A DNA stretch of 64,000 nucleotides from Patescibacteria group bacterium (GCA_041671645.1 JBAZBD010000001.1:543234-607233), one strand, 5' to 3'. Shown: positions 19,080 through 29,398, counted from the stretch's first letter. The notes: generated by a model not told the origin, from the letters alone. A program made the numbers and translations.

Positions 19080-21575
19080 TTAGGCCAGCACGATTAGGTC
19101 ATCTTTGAGCTGGCAAATAATTGAATCACCTGACTGATATTTTTCGGCCAGAATGGCGTCTGTGATCATATTTTCGATATGTTCAGCGATAAATTTCCGA
19201 ATCGGTCTGGCGCCATATTGTGGATTATGGCTCTTGGTAGCGATGAAGTCGCGGACATCGTTTGGAATCTCTAGCGTATATCCGCCAGATTTCAATCTCT
19301 CTATCAGCTCCTCTGCTTGCAAATCTACGATTGTGCGCAAGCTTTTTTCCTTGAGCGGATAGAAGATGATAACTTTGTCGAGACGATTGATAAATTCCGG
19401 CCGAAACGTCTTCTCGACTGTGTCTAGGATGCTGGACTTGAGATGAGAATATTGTGAGTCGCTATCGTTTTTGGTAAATCCAATCGCGCTACCTTGTCTC
19501 AAGACATCAGTCCCTAGATTTGACGTCATGATGATAATCGTGTTTTTGAAGTCGATTTTGCGCCCTTTGGCGTCTGTCAGTACGCCATCTTCCATAATCT
19601 GGAGGAGGATATTGAATACTTCGGGGTGGGCTTTCTCAATTTCGTCGAACAAGATGACTAAATATGGATTCTTGCGCACCTTTTCAGTCAGTTTGCCGCC
19701 CTCTTCGTAGCCGATATAGCCAGCTGGGGCGCCAATAAGTCTGGCCACATTGTGCTTCTCCATGAATTCGGACATGTCGATCTTGAAAAGGTTGTCGCTA
19801 CTACCAAATACTTCTCGTGCCAGTACCTTGGCCAGCTCAGTCTTGCCTACTCCAGTCGGGCCCAAGAAAATGAATGAACCAATTGGTCGGTGAGGGCTGC
19901 TAATCCCGACACGAGATCTCTTGATTGACTGCGAAATTTCAGTAATTGCTTCATCTTGGCCGACGACAAATTTGGCTAGCGTTTTGGATAGATTTAGGTA
20001 TGTTTTCTTCTCTTTTTTGGTCATTGCCACCACTGGGACGCCTGTCCAATCCGAGACTAATCTAGCAATCTGTTCCTCGTCTACCACAGCAGAATCCTTG
20101 GCCTCAGTTTGCTTGTTTGCTTTCTCGATTTCCAAGAGAAGCTTTGCTTCTTCCTCTTTGTGTAGAGCGGCACCTTCAAAATTCTCCTCAGAGATAGCTT
20201 TTTCTTTCTTTTTCAGAGCCACAGCCAAAAGTTTCCGAAGCTGGATAATCTTGCCACTCTCTGTATTTTTGTTGGCTACGGACGCCCCTGCTTCGTCGAT
20301 CAGGTCAATCGCCTTGTCTGGTAATGAGCGATCGTGAATATAGCGGTGAGAAAGCCGTGCGGCCGCCTCGATGGCGCTCTCCGTATAAGCGACATGGTGA
20401 TAGGCTTCGTAATGAGATTTGAGACCGTTTAGGATCTGAATTGTTTCCTCTACCGTTGGCGGCAAGACGTGGATTGGTTGGAATCTGCGCTCAAAGGCGG
20501 GATCCTTCTCAATATGTTTTTTGTATTCGTCAAAAGTTGTCGAGCCGACCAGGCGGAGTTGCCCTTTGGCCAACATTGGCTTGAGCAGATTGGCGGCGTC
20601 AATCGATCCCTCAGTCGAGCCAGCCCCGACCATCATATGAATTTCATCGACAAAAAGAATTATATTGCCACGCTTCTCAATCTCGGCAAGGATCTTCTTG
20701 ATTCGACTCTCAAATTGGCCGCGATACATCGTGCCAGCCAATATTGAGCCAAGGTCCAACGACATGATCTGACAATTATCTAGTTTGCGAGGGACTTGGT
20801 GTTTGACGATTCGTTGAGCTAAGCCCTCAACAATGGCAGTTTTGCCCACTCCGGGTTCGCCTACTAGGATAGGGTTATTTTTGGTGCGACGAGACAATAT
20901 CTGTACAATCCGTGCGATCTCTTTGTCGCGACCAATGACTGGATCAAGCTTGCCTTCCTTGGCCAATTTGGTCAAATTGTTGGAATATTGGTCGAGAGCA
21001 TTTTCCTTCTTGGCTTGGGCAGTCCCTGTCTGCATGAAAGGCATCGGGCCAGAATTGATGAATCCGTCGTCCAAGCCATCCCCCATCATGTTTTCGACTG
21101 GGATCTGGGTCATCGGCAGGTCATCCTGATTGAATGATTTGGTGATGCCCTTGAAAATCGTCTCTATCTGACGTTTTATCTTCTTGGGATCAACGCCGAT
21201 TCGCTCGATAATGAGGTAAGAGTTGAAATTCTTGTTTGAAATGAGAGACAAGAGAAGGTGTTCCGATCCGATCGTGGCGTGATTGTATTTGGCGGCATAT
21301 TGGACGGCCAATTGAATCGACTTCTTGGCGTCTTCAGTGATGACATATAGAGCGCCTTTGTTGTGATCGATCAACGAGGCAATCAAATCAATTTTGTCGG
21401 CGGTCACGTCAAAAGAGGACAAGATTTCATAGGCCAGAGAATCCTTGCTCAAAAGCAGCGAGAGCAATTGATGCTCGGTGCTCAAAGCAGAATTACGAGC
21501 CTTGGCGATTCTCTCCGACTCCAAAATCGTTTTCTTGAGATTTGGTGTAAATTTTTTGAATATCTCGTTGTTCAT
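19080..21575 (-). CDS. clpC: ATP-dependent Clp protease ATP-binding subunit ClpC
   Basis: Clp-N repeats, two AAA+ modules with Walker A 'GEPGVGKT' and 'GPTGVGKT', a short linker, and an IGF ClpP-docking loop 'SAIGFTKN'. Confidence 0.9.
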   Translation of the reverse strand: MNNEIFKKFTPNLKKTILESERIAKARNSALSTEHQLLSLLLSKDSLAYEILSSFDVTADKIDLIASLIDHNKGALYVITEDAKKSIQLAVQYAAKYNHATIGSEHLLLSLISNKNFNSYLIIERIGVDPKKIKRQIETIFKGITKSFNQDDLPMTQIPVENMMGDGLDDGFINSGPMPFMQTGTAQAKKENALDQYSNNLTKLAKEGKLDPVIGRDKEIARIVQILSRRTKNNPILVGEPGVGKTAIVEGLAQRIVKHQVPRKLDNCQIMSLDLGSILAGTMYRGQFESRIKKILAEIEKRGNIILFVDEIHMMVGAGSTEGSIDAANLLKPMLAKGQLRLVGSTTFDEYKKHIEKDPAFERRFQPIHVLPPTVEETIQILNGLKSHYEAYHHVAYTESAIEAAARLSHRYIHDRSLPDKAIDLIDEAGASVANKNTESGKIIQLRKLLAVALKKKEKAISEENFEGAALHKEEEAKLLLEIEKANKQTEAKDSAVVDEEQIARLVSDWTGVPVVAMTKKEKKTYLNLSKTLAKFVVGQDEAITEISQSIKRSRVGISSPHRPIGSFIFLGPTGVGKTELAKVLAREVFGSSDNLFKIDMSEFMEKHNVARLIGAPAGYIGYEEGGKLTEKVRKNPYLVILFDEIEKAHPEVFNILLQIMEDGVLTDAKGRKIDFKNTIIIMTSNLGTDVLRQGSAIGFTKNDSDSQYSHLKSSILDTVEKTFRPEFINRLDKVIIFYPLKEKSLRTIVDLQAEELIERLKSGGYTLEIPNDVRDFIATKSHNPQYGARPIRKFIAEHIENMITDAILAEKYQSGDSIICQLKDDLIVLA

Positions 21576-21670
21576 GGGTCAATATTTTGAATAAAGAATT
21601 TAGAGTACCGAAAATAATACTATTGAAGAGTACGTGTAAGGGAGCTCATGGTTGCGAGATCAGGAAGGGA

Positions 21671-22858
21671 TTACTCTTCGTCGACAATCTTCTTGGCTTT
21701 GGGGGATTTCTTCTTTGCAGGCTTAGCGCCAGCAGAGCCCCCTTTGGGGGTCTTTTTCTTTTCCACTACTGGTGCCGCTTCTGCGACGTCACCTTCGGCC
21801 TCTTCGCCAAGTTCTTCGTTGAATTTGATGTCAATGCCCCAACCGGTCAACTTGGAAGCAAGGCGAACGTTTTGGCCGTTCTTACCGATCGCGAGAGAGA
21901 GATTATCTTTGTCTACATATACAGTTGCTTTGCTATCTTTTGATGAGAGTGTAATGTGGCGAGTCTTGGCAGGAGAAAGGGCGTTGCTGATAAACTGCTC
22001 AATATCGTCGTCCCAGAGCACAATATCAATTTTTTCTAGTCCGATTTCGTCTAGAACTGCTTGGACGCGAGTTCCGCGTTGTCCGACACAAGCTCCGACT
22101 GGATCAATCTTTTCTTCGGTGGCGATAACAGCAATCTTGGTACGAGAGCCGGCCTCACGTGCGAGGCTTTTGATCTCGACAGTACCGGCAGGAATCTCTG
22201 GAACCTCAACTTCGAAGAGGCCTTTGATCAAATTTTCATCGCTACGAGAGACGATAATCTGAGGTCCTTTGACTGACTGAGAAACTTCCTTGACGTAGAC
22301 CTTGATTCTCTGACCGATGTAATATCGCTCGCCCTGAATCTGATCAGATGGATATAGGATGCCGTTGGCTTTGTTGAGAGTGACGATAATATTGCGTCCG
22401 TCAACCTGAGAAACAGTTGCATTGACGACCTTGTTCTCCTTGTCCTTGAATTCGTTGAAAAGAAGATCACGCTCTGCTTCACGGATTCTTTGGATAATAA
22501 CCTGCTTGGCAGTTTGAGCGGCGATGCGACCAAAATCCTCATGATCTGGCAATGGTACGATCACCTCTTTGCCGTATTCAGCCTTGGGATCGATCTCCTT
22601 GGCTTCTTCGAGAGTAAGCTCGTGTTCGTGTTCTTTAATCTCTTCTGGATCCTCAATCACGTCATAGACGCGAAACATTGAGGCTTTGCCAGTCTCTGGG
22701 TGCAATTTGCCTCGGATAATCTGCTTTGGCTTACCGTAATCCTTACGATAAGCGGCGGCGAGTGCGGCTTCGACTGTTTCGATTACAATGTCGATGTCCA
22801 AGCCCTTTTCCTCACACAAATCTTCGATAGCGGCCATAAATGGGTTAATTTTCTTCAT
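21671..22858 (-). CDS. nusA: Transcription termination/antitermination factor NusA
   Basis: NusA N-terminal domain, S1 and KH domains, Lys-rich C-terminal tail. True start is ATG 22858 ('MKKINPFMAAIE') preceded by AAGGAG. The ORF track has an upstream extension. Confidence 0.9.
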   Translation of the reverse strand: MKKINPFMAAIEDLCEEKGLDIDIVIETVEAALAAAYRKDYGKPKQIIRGKLHPETGKASMFRVYDVIEDPEEIKEHEHELTLEEAKEIDPKAEYGKEVIVPLPDHEDFGRIAAQTAKQVIIQRIREAERDLLFNEFKDKENKVVNATVSQVDGRNIIVTLNKANGILYPSDQIQGERYYIGQRIKVYVKEVSQSVKGPQIIVSRSDENLIKGLFEVEVPEIPAGTVEIKSLAREAGSRTKIAVIATEEKIDPVGACVGQRGTRVQAVLDEIGLEKIDIVLWDDDIEQFISNALSPAKTRHITLSSKDSKATVYVDKDNLSLAIGKNGQNVRLASKLTGWGIDIKFNEELGEEAEGDVAEAAPVVEKKKTPKGGSAGAKPAKKKSPKAKKIVDEE

Positions 22859-23032
22859 ATTTCTCCTTATTATTATTGATTTGATTATACCAGTAAGATG
22901 CAAGTCATAGAAGCTGACATCTTTGGGAAAAAAGAAAGTGGGCCAATATGGTCCACCGTTCTTTTGAAATATACTATTTGTGTTCGTCTGTGTCAAGAGT
23001 ACGAATTAAATTTATATATCGGACACTTCGCC

Positions 23033-23581
23033 TCACTGTTTAACTACTTTTTTCTTGAGATGTTGGATTTGGTCAATATCAAGCCCGCTACTTGGGTTTA
23101 GCTCAAAGAAGAAATAGGGGTCGAACAAATAGGCGTATATGATCAAAACAGCCGACCCGGCAAAGATACCCTTGGACCAGCCAAAGATCAGAACTCCCAA
23201 AACATACGCTGCCAGATATTCTCGCCAATTACGTCTTCCTTCTTTGCTAGAGAGCCAGATGTAGTCACAGATCAGCGACAGTATTCCTCCAAAGTAAATC
23301 AAAGACATGCTACCGAATATCAAGCCTAGCGCCACCATAATCGCCCCGACTGACTTCACAAATCGTCTCTTGTTCAGCTTCTGGTATAGGAACAGAATAT
23401 ATTGCCATTTTGAGAGGGTGAGCTCGAAGCTCTTGCCGGAATGCCTTATAGAATCGCTGACTCCAAGAATATAATTTATGACTTTGCCACTTTCGTCAAC
23501 TTCATGGCCAACAATGATCGGCCTGTTTAGCAGATTTACTATTTTGTTATCGATCTGAATTTCTCTAAGTCTATTGAACAT
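23033..23581 (-). CDS. Hypothetical membrane protein
   Basis: Soluble N-terminal roughly 70 aa followed by four hydrophobic helices. AT-rich codon usage. Confidence 0.4.
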   Translation of the reverse strand: MFNRLREIQIDNKIVNLLNRPIIVGHEVDESGKVINYILGVSDSIRHSGKSFELTLSKWQYILFLYQKLNKRRFVKSVGAIMVALGLIFGSMSLIYFGGILSLICDYIWLSSKEGRRNWREYLAAYVLGVLIFGWSKGIFAGSAVLIIYAYLFDPYFFFELNPSSGLDIDQIQHLKKKVVKQ

Positions 23582-23671
23582 TATATGCCTCCGTAATTTT
23601 CGTCCACATTGATATTAGCATCGATGATTTTTATTTATTCAGATTTCCATTCTGTTTGTATAGTCACTTTA

Positions 23672-24574
23672 TTATCGTCCAGGAATTAGGATTGTTTGTA
23701 TGGTTTGGATATAAGCAGTACCATTTTGATTTTCAATAATCTTTACTGCAGGAGTTGCCGTTAAGGTATGTATAAAGGAATGATGTACGGTCAATATTGC
23801 ATCTTGAATAATTTGATCATCCTCTATCATTTTTATATTTAGACCAATTTCTCTGCATTTTTCGGCTGGTAGATGCCTTGCATGTGAGAGGTTTATTGAG
23901 TGATCTACAAATTCTTTTTTAATCTTCTTGATTCTTTCATTGATATTTCTCTTGCCTTTTAGCATTCTTTTCTTAAGGCAATCTTCAGCAATTTTCTCGG
24001 ACCAAGCGATTGATTTTTGACATTCTCCGACTAAAGTTGGGTTATATTTATTCAGAATAGGCTGCCAGACGAAGGCCTTCTTCTGGTCTGCAGCCATCTC
24101 CTGAAAGGCTTGCGAAAATTCCTCAAGAATTCCATGCGCTGGCAATCCACCTAATTGAGGGTCTATCGGACCAAGACTCGATTGTCTACCCATTAAAATT
24201 TCGCTACCCATGAATGCAATCATTGTTCCACCAGACATTGCAAGCTGTGGGACAATTGTTCTAATGTCCTTAAAGGTTTTTGATAAGTAATCAATTATTG
24301 ACTCTGTTGCTGCTGTTTCACCTCCAGGTGTGTGCAAAATCAGATCAAGTCCCTTGTCCCGATTGAGCCCATTAACAGCAGTCATAAACCCGTTTTTATC
24401 ATTATCATTTATCTGTATCTCTGGTGCGTTCGGCTTTTGTAGCCAGCCGCTATAATATGCTATCGTATTTCTTCCTGTGATATCGCTTAATTTCTTTAAG
24501 TACCTGCGTCTTACGATATCATAAGTGCTACCCTCGCTATTTATTTCATCCAGAATGTCATTCCAGTTAGCCAT
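23672..24574 (-). CDS. SDH/S49-like (ClpP-fold) serine peptidase
   Basis: 'LDLILHTPGGE' motif typical of the serine dehydrogenase proteinase / SppA-ClpP clan. Probable start 'MANWNDIL' at 24574. Confidence 0.6.
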   Translation of the reverse strand: MANWNDILDEINSEGSTYDIVRRRYLKKLSDITGRNTIAYYSGWLQKPNAPEIQINDNDKNGFMTAVNGLNRDKGLDLILHTPGGETAATESIIDYLSKTFKDIRTIVPQLAMSGGTMIAFMGSEILMGRQSSLGPIDPQLGGLPAHGILEEFSQAFQEMAADQKKAFVWQPILNKYNPTLVGECQKSIAWSEKIAEDCLKKRMLKGKRNINERIKKIKKEFVDHSINLSHARHLPAEKCREIGLNIKMIEDDQIIQDAILTVHHSFIHTLTATPAVKIIENQNGTAYIQTIQTILIPGR

Positions 24575-24755
24575 TTGCAAACTCCTTAATATTGTTAAAT
24601 GAGGAGGAGCTATCAGCAACTACCCAGATCCTCTCTTCTTCAGTAGTATCGATCACGGAAAATTTGTTATTCCCCTCATTCTCTATGCATTTATTAAACT
24701 TTTTTATTTTTTTGAATAAATCGTTAATTTCTTTCTTTGTGTGCTCTTCTTCCAT
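24567..24755 (-). CDS. Small acidic hypothetical protein (62 aa)
   Basis: Its stop overlaps the start of the peptidase gene by 8 nt, which suggests translational coupling. Confidence 0.35.
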   Translation of the reverse strand: MEEEHTKKEINDLFKKIKKFNKCIENEGNNKFSVIDTTEEERIWVVADSSSSFNNIKEFANG

Positions 24756-24773
24756 TTTTCTCCTCGATAATCT

Positions 24774-25361
24774 TTATTTTTTCCACACAATATGGCCGTT
24801 CATGTCATTTTTTTCATATACTTCCAATATCTCTGTACAAAATTTTAGTACTTCTTCGTTCTTCTCGTCTTTCGCAAGTTCATAGAGATGGATATACATT
24901 TTTTTGCCAGTCTCCGTCTGCTTTAGGTTTTTCTTCAGCCAGTTATGCTGACCGCAGAGAGTTTGTCCGTTAGAGATCTTAGCCTCTCCGCCAAGATCCT
25001 TGGGCTTAATGTGGTCAGCATACAATTGAACACCCTCAGCCTCACCTTTACCGCACATTACACATTTGTAGCCATCTTTTTTGAATATTTCCTTTTTTTG
25101 GGCAGGAGTAAAATCTTCTAGATGTCGAGTCTCGACCATGTTGGGATCATATTTGTAGACACCCTTGTTCTCTTTAACAAGAAAGCCTTCTTGATGTAAT
25201 TTCCTTATCCCCCTGTCGGGATCAGCAAAGACCTGGCCTGTTTTGTCCCTGTATTCCTTCATCATCCATGGAACACAATCCTTGTGTTCTACACTAATAT
25301 TAGGATGAGCAATAAAGTACTTTTTAATTACCTGCTCTTGGCTTATTTTTTTTGGCTTCAT
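24774..25361 (-). CDS. HNH endonuclease (putative restriction enzyme partner of Dcm)
   Basis: 'CVMCG...ADHIKPKDLGG...NGQTLCGQHN' HNH motif. The gene overlaps the 3' end of dcm by 38 nt. Confidence 0.7.
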   Translation of the reverse strand: MKPKKISQEQVIKKYFIAHPNISVEHKDCVPWMMKEYRDKTGQVFADPDRGIRKLHQEGFLVKENKGVYKYDPNMVETRHLEDFTPAQKKEIFKKDGYKCVMCGKGEAEGVQLYADHIKPKDLGGEAKISNGQTLCGQHNWLKKNLKQTETGKKMYIHLYELAKDEKNEEVLKFCTEILEVYEKNDMNGHIVWKK

Positions 25362-26367
25362 TCTTTCCCTTCAAAACGTTATTCTTAATTAAAAATTGTT
25401 TAATGCTCTCCGCCACCGCCTGGACAGCGGGAACGGCTACCGAATTACCGAACTGTCGATACATCTGTGTTCTTGAAACAGGAACAACAAAATCTTCAGG
25501 AAAACCCATAATGGCCTTACATTCATTCTGTGTAAATAACCTAATGCCAGTCGGACCGTCCTCTACAAAAGTTCCCGTAAGGCGTTGAATTTTGTGATAG
25601 GATGCGACAAGCGTCTTCACATGGATATCGGATTTCTCGTTAACTAGCTTCGGGCGACCGTCATCAAGCTTAAACAAATAGTTTTCCTGTAAATGCTTTG
25701 ATATTGAATAGCCGTCGGCATTTTTTTCAAGGAATTGGTTGATGAAGACCTTGTTGTTTGTGCCTGTGGGATGAATGTATTTATCGTCTTTAGATAATAG
25801 CTCCTTCTTGAAGCCAACTATGTAGATTCTTTGTCTTTTCTGGGGAACTCCGAAGTTAGAGGCATCAAGTATTTCGTAAAATGTTTTATATCCAAGATCA
25901 TCCTCAAGCACAGAAATAATTGTTCTGAGGGTATCGCCGTCGTTATGAGTTGTCAGGCCCTTAACATTCTCCAAGAGAAATGCGGATGGTTTCTTCGCAC
26001 CAATTATTCTAGCGATATCATAAAAAAGCGTACCTTGCGTTTTGTGTTTAAATCCCTGTCGCTTGCCGATAGAGCTAAACGGCTGGCAAGGGAAACCTGC
26101 GACAAGTATGTCAAAATCAGGGATTTTTTTCTCATCAATCTTCGCGATGTCTCCGTGAGGAATTTCACCAAAATTTGCCTCGTATGTCTTCTGGCATGAC
26201 GAATCCCATTCCGAGCTGAAAACGCATTCGCCGCCGACACGTTCAAAAGCGATACGAGTTCCGCCAATTCCTGCGAATAAATCGATAAATTTAAAATCTG
26301 TTGGCTTTTTTCTCAACTTTTCTTTCTCCGATGTAAATAAACTTTGCTTAGTGATCTTGTTGTACAT
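25324..26367 (-). CDS. dcm: DNA (cytosine-5)-methyltransferase
   Basis: Motif I 'DLFAGIGG', motif IV 'GFPCQPFS', 'ENV', 'QFGNSVAVP'. Confidence 0.9.
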   Translation of the reverse strand: MYNKITKQSLFTSEKEKLRKKPTDFKFIDLFAGIGGTRIAFERVGGECVFSSEWDSSCQKTYEANFGEIPHGDIAKIDEKKIPDFDILVAGFPCQPFSSIGKRQGFKHKTQGTLFYDIARIIGAKKPSAFLLENVKGLTTHNDGDTLRTIISVLEDDLGYKTFYEILDASNFGVPQKRQRIYIVGFKKELLSKDDKYIHPTGTNNKVFINQFLEKNADGYSISKHLQENYLFKLDDGRPKLVNEKSDIHVKTLVASYHKIQRLTGTFVEDGPTGIRLFTQNECKAIMGFPEDFVVPVSRTQMYRQFGNSVAVPAVQAVAESIKQFLIKNNVLKGKNEAKKNKPRAGN

Positions 26368-26447
26368 GACAGTATGGTATCACACATTCTAGGCATTTTG
26401 CAGCACAACTACTGTGGATATGTTCGGTCTTTGTTTGGTATCTAGCC

Positions 26448-27095
26448 TCAGTTGCCGATGCAGGAGTAATTGTGTTCCGAAACAATAATATGATCGACAA
26501 CTTCGATTCCTAAAATATTACCCGCTTTCCGTAATTGCTTGGTAGCTTCTCGATCCTCATCGGACGGCTGTGTATCGCCTGATGGGTGATTATGGACAAT
26601 TATTATTCCGGCTGCTAATTGTCGAATAGCTGGTTCGAATATTTCGCGTGGATGGACCAAGTTGGCGGTCAACGTTCCGATAGAAATAATTTCGCGTGAA
26701 ATCTCCCTGTTTCTGACATCTAGATATATTGCCAAGAGATGCTCTTTCTTGCTTTCTCTAATCTCCTTGACTGATTCGAAAACCACTTCTGGCGAAATTA
26801 ATAGCGGCTTGGCATTGTCATGAATAAGTCGCCTAGCCAGCTCAACCACCGCGATTAGTTGGCAGGCCTTCGTTTCGCCAAGCCCCTTTATTTTCTTTAA
26901 CTCATCGATCTCAAGGGATGACAATTTTTCACGATATTTACGAAGGATTTTTTTGGATAAATCGAGAACATTGCATTCTTTCGTCCCAGTCCGCAAAATA
27001 ATGGCCAAAAGCTCGGCATCAGACAATTTTTTCGTGCCGTATTTGACCAATTTTTCCTGTGGCCGATCTACTTTTGGAGTATCTTTTATTTTCAT
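26448..27095 (-). CDS. radC: RadC-like JAB/MPN domain protein
   Basis: 'HNHPSGDTQPSDEDREAT' JAMM motif and an N-terminal HhH region. Confidence 0.85.
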   Translation of the reverse strand: MKIKDTPKVDRPQEKLVKYGTKKLSDAELLAIILRTGTKECNVLDLSKKILRKYREKLSSLEIDELKKIKGLGETKACQLIAVVELARRLIHDNAKPLLISPEVVFESVKEIRESKKEHLLAIYLDVRNREISREIISIGTLTANLVHPREIFEPAIRQLAAGIIIVHNHPSGDTQPSDEDREATKQLRKAGNILGIEVVDHIIVSEHNYSCIGN

Positions 27096-27118
27096 GCAGT
27101 TTTTTTATTGACTCTTAA

Positions 27119-27889
27119 TTATTTTTTGTCAAACTTTTTAATCGATATATTATTTTCATCAAACAAAGTGTTGTCTTGATATTGATATCTCTCTGTCCAT
27201 TGTCTTGTCTTGTTGTTCAAGCGGAAGTTAATTGAAACCGAATTGGATGCTGGTGAAATTTGTACTTTTACTCCTTCGGATTTAGCTATTTCGCTCGAGG
27301 CAGAGGCAATCGCTGTTGCGAGAACATGCTTAAACCCACCTATCTCCGACATCCTGATACTTGTAGCTCCATATGGTTCTGCCTTTAAAATTTCCACAGT
27401 TTCACTATTACTAGGCAGAATTTTCATAAGCTGCTCTTTCGATATTTTGGAATAGACATAAATCTGGACTGTTTTCTCAGTAATACCATTTTTACACTCG
27501 ATATAGAAATTTATTTGTCGCAGAACACCATCCGATGCCCAGTCACTAGCCAAAGAGTCACCGTGTTTATAGACTAATTCAAAAAACCTTGATGTAGGCA
27601 TATTTTTCTCAAGACATTTCACCAAATCCGTGTTATCGGCGACGATAGGCTTCGTATCGCGATTTATTATGGATTCCTGTATGTCTCTTCTGACCTCTAA
27701 AAATGCCTTTTTTATAATAAAAAAAAGCGAAATTATTGCGATCACTGCCGCAAGCCAATAGTAATAAGGATTTTTAAACTTGGGAATCAGCGATCCGAGC
27801 CCCAAAACGCTCCACCAGAAAAAAATTTTTGGGCCTTCTGACCAAATCAGAGAAAACCCTTTTTTAATAGTATTTCTCATATTATTCAC
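27119..27889 (-). CDS. Hypothetical membrane protein (2 TM + soluble domain)
   Basis: No recognisable motif. Strong SD AAGGTGA upstream. Confidence 0.4.
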   Translation of the reverse strand: MNNMRNTIKKGFSLIWSEGPKIFFWWSVLGLGSLIPKFKNPYYYWLAAVIAIISLFFIIKKAFLEVRRDIQESIINRDTKPIVADNTDLVKCLEKNMPTSRFFELVYKHGDSLASDWASDGVLRQINFYIECKNGITEKTVQIYVYSKISKEQLMKILPSNSETVEILKAEPYGATSIRMSEIGGFKHVLATAIASASSEIAKSEGVKVQISPASNSVSINFRLNNKTRQWTERYQYQDNTLFDENNISIKKFDKK

Positions 27890-28102
27890 CTTCTTTCACA
27901 ATTTTTCACCATTTAAACCCCCTGACTTACTCTGTATCTTACACGTTCATGCTGAGGCGGGATTCGTCTCGACACAGTTTTGGGGGCGACCACGTTCAAA
28001 TACCTCTTTCCGCTTGAATTGGAAGTAAATTTCTTATCGCCTATGGCTATTGTATCACTTCTGTCTAGATATTCCTCACGAGGATGTCAACTGTTTCATA
28101 CC

Positions 28103-28130
28103 AAAAAGGTAGCCTTTTGAGCTACCTTTT
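28103..28130. terminator. Terminator downstream of pyk
   Basis: AAAAAGGTAGC-CTTTTGA-GCTACCTTTT. Confidence 0.5.
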
Positions 28131-28150
28131 CTAGAATATATTCAGTTTGC

Positions 28151-29179
28151 TTAGATCGAGCAGCCTTCCATGTACTGGTCTGCAGCCACAATCGTCTTCT
28201 TCAGGACCTTGAGAGCCTCGAGTGGATAATCGCCGTTGGCTGTCTCATCTGAGAGCCAGACATAGTGCGCGCCGTCAAAGACTGCATTAGCAATGTCGGA
28301 CACTTCAGCGCGAGTTGGGTATGGCGACTTGGTCATATTCTTGAGCATCTGAGTGGCGACAACGGCAGGTTTCAAGAGCTGGTGAGATTTGCGAAGAATT
28401 CTCTTCTGAAGAATTGGCAATTGCTCGTATGGCATCTCAACACCCAAGTCACCGCGGGCGATAATGACGACATCTGATGCATTGATGATTTCGTCAATAT
28501 TGACGATGGCCTCACGACGTTCGATCTTGGACATGATTTTGACTGGCTTATCGCCGATTTTCTCGCGGATAATATTGAGCTCAGCGGCACAACCAACGAA
28601 AGAAAGTGCAACATAATCAACGCCGACACCAAGAACATAGTCCAAATCCTTCAGATCTTTCTCGGTAATAGAAGAAGTGGTCAGCTTGGTAGTAGGCAAA
28701 TTGATCGCTTTTCGTGGGAAGATAACACCGCCGACTAGGACTTTGGCCTCAAATTTGTGATGGTCTGGAGTAGTCTTGGTAATCTCGAGCTCAATCATGC
28801 CTGACTCGATCAACATTGGATCACCAACATTTACGTCTGCATGAAGGTAGGGGTCGGTAATGATAAGCTCGTCTGGCTGTTTGTCCTCGCCTGGAGTAGT
28901 GACAAATTTCAATACATCGCCGTCTTTGACCTTGAGACCTTTGGCCGGAATATTCTCGCCAAGTCGGATGCTAGGGCCACGAAGGTCAGCCTGAATCTTG
29001 ACGTCCAAATTGTGTTTCTTGTTGATCTCTTTGATAATGTCATAGCGAGCCTTGTATTCGTCAAAAGTACAGTGCGCAAAGTTGTTGCGCATCACATCCA
29101 TGCCTGCGAGTGCAAGCTTCTCGATCATTTCTGGTGAATCTGACGATGGGCCGATTGTGGCGATGATTTTCGTTCGCAT
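28151..29179 (-). CDS. pyk: Pyruvate kinase (short form lacking the C-terminal regulatory domain)
   Basis: 'IIATIGPSS', a 'MVARGDLG'-like 'IARGDLGVE' motif, barrel and A domains only (342 aa). Confidence 0.85.
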   Translation of the reverse strand: MRTKIIATIGPSSDSPEMIEKLALAGMDVMRNNFAHCTFDEYKARYDIIKEINKKHNLDVKIQADLRGPSIRLGENIPAKGLKVKDGDVLKFVTTPGEDKQPDELIITDPYLHADVNVGDPMLIESGMIELEITKTTPDHHKFEAKVLVGGVIFPRKAINLPTTKLTTSSITEKDLKDLDYVLGVGVDYVALSFVGCAAELNIIREKIGDKPVKIMSKIERREAIVNIDEIINASDVVIIARGDLGVEMPYEQLPILQKRILRKSHQLLKPAVVATQMLKNMTKSPYPTRAEVSDIANAVFDGAHYVWLSDETANGDYPLEALKVLKKTIVAADQYMEGCSI

Positions 29180-29275
29180 AAATCCTCTGTTATATTAGTT
29201 GTGGAAATAAAAATATTCCGCGGTGGAATAGGAGTAATATACCACGAAGCGCTAGCCTGGTCAACGGTGCTAATC

Positions 29276-29304
29276 TTGACTTTTGGCGTGTATTGTGCTA
29301 TAAT
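29276..29304 (+). promoter_or_regulatory. Strong sigma70-type promoter
   Basis: TTGACT, a 17-nt spacer, then TGcTATAAT (extended -10). Confidence 0.55.
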
Positions 29305-29398
29305 GTTCTTATGTACAGTCGTGATTGGCCTGTCGTAGGTGAAATTTTTATCGCCTATCGCAGCAACAGTCACAGACCGCCCCTTAGGAGGGTATTCG

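Noticed and set aside
21648-22262. 204-aa plus-strand ORF (and similar ORFs of 60-140 aa antisense to ftsZ, ftsA, clpC, rel, eno)
   Set aside because: They lie entirely antisense within well-supported conserved genes, have Ser/Pro/Ala-rich low-complexity products and no RBS. These are typical shadow ORFs.
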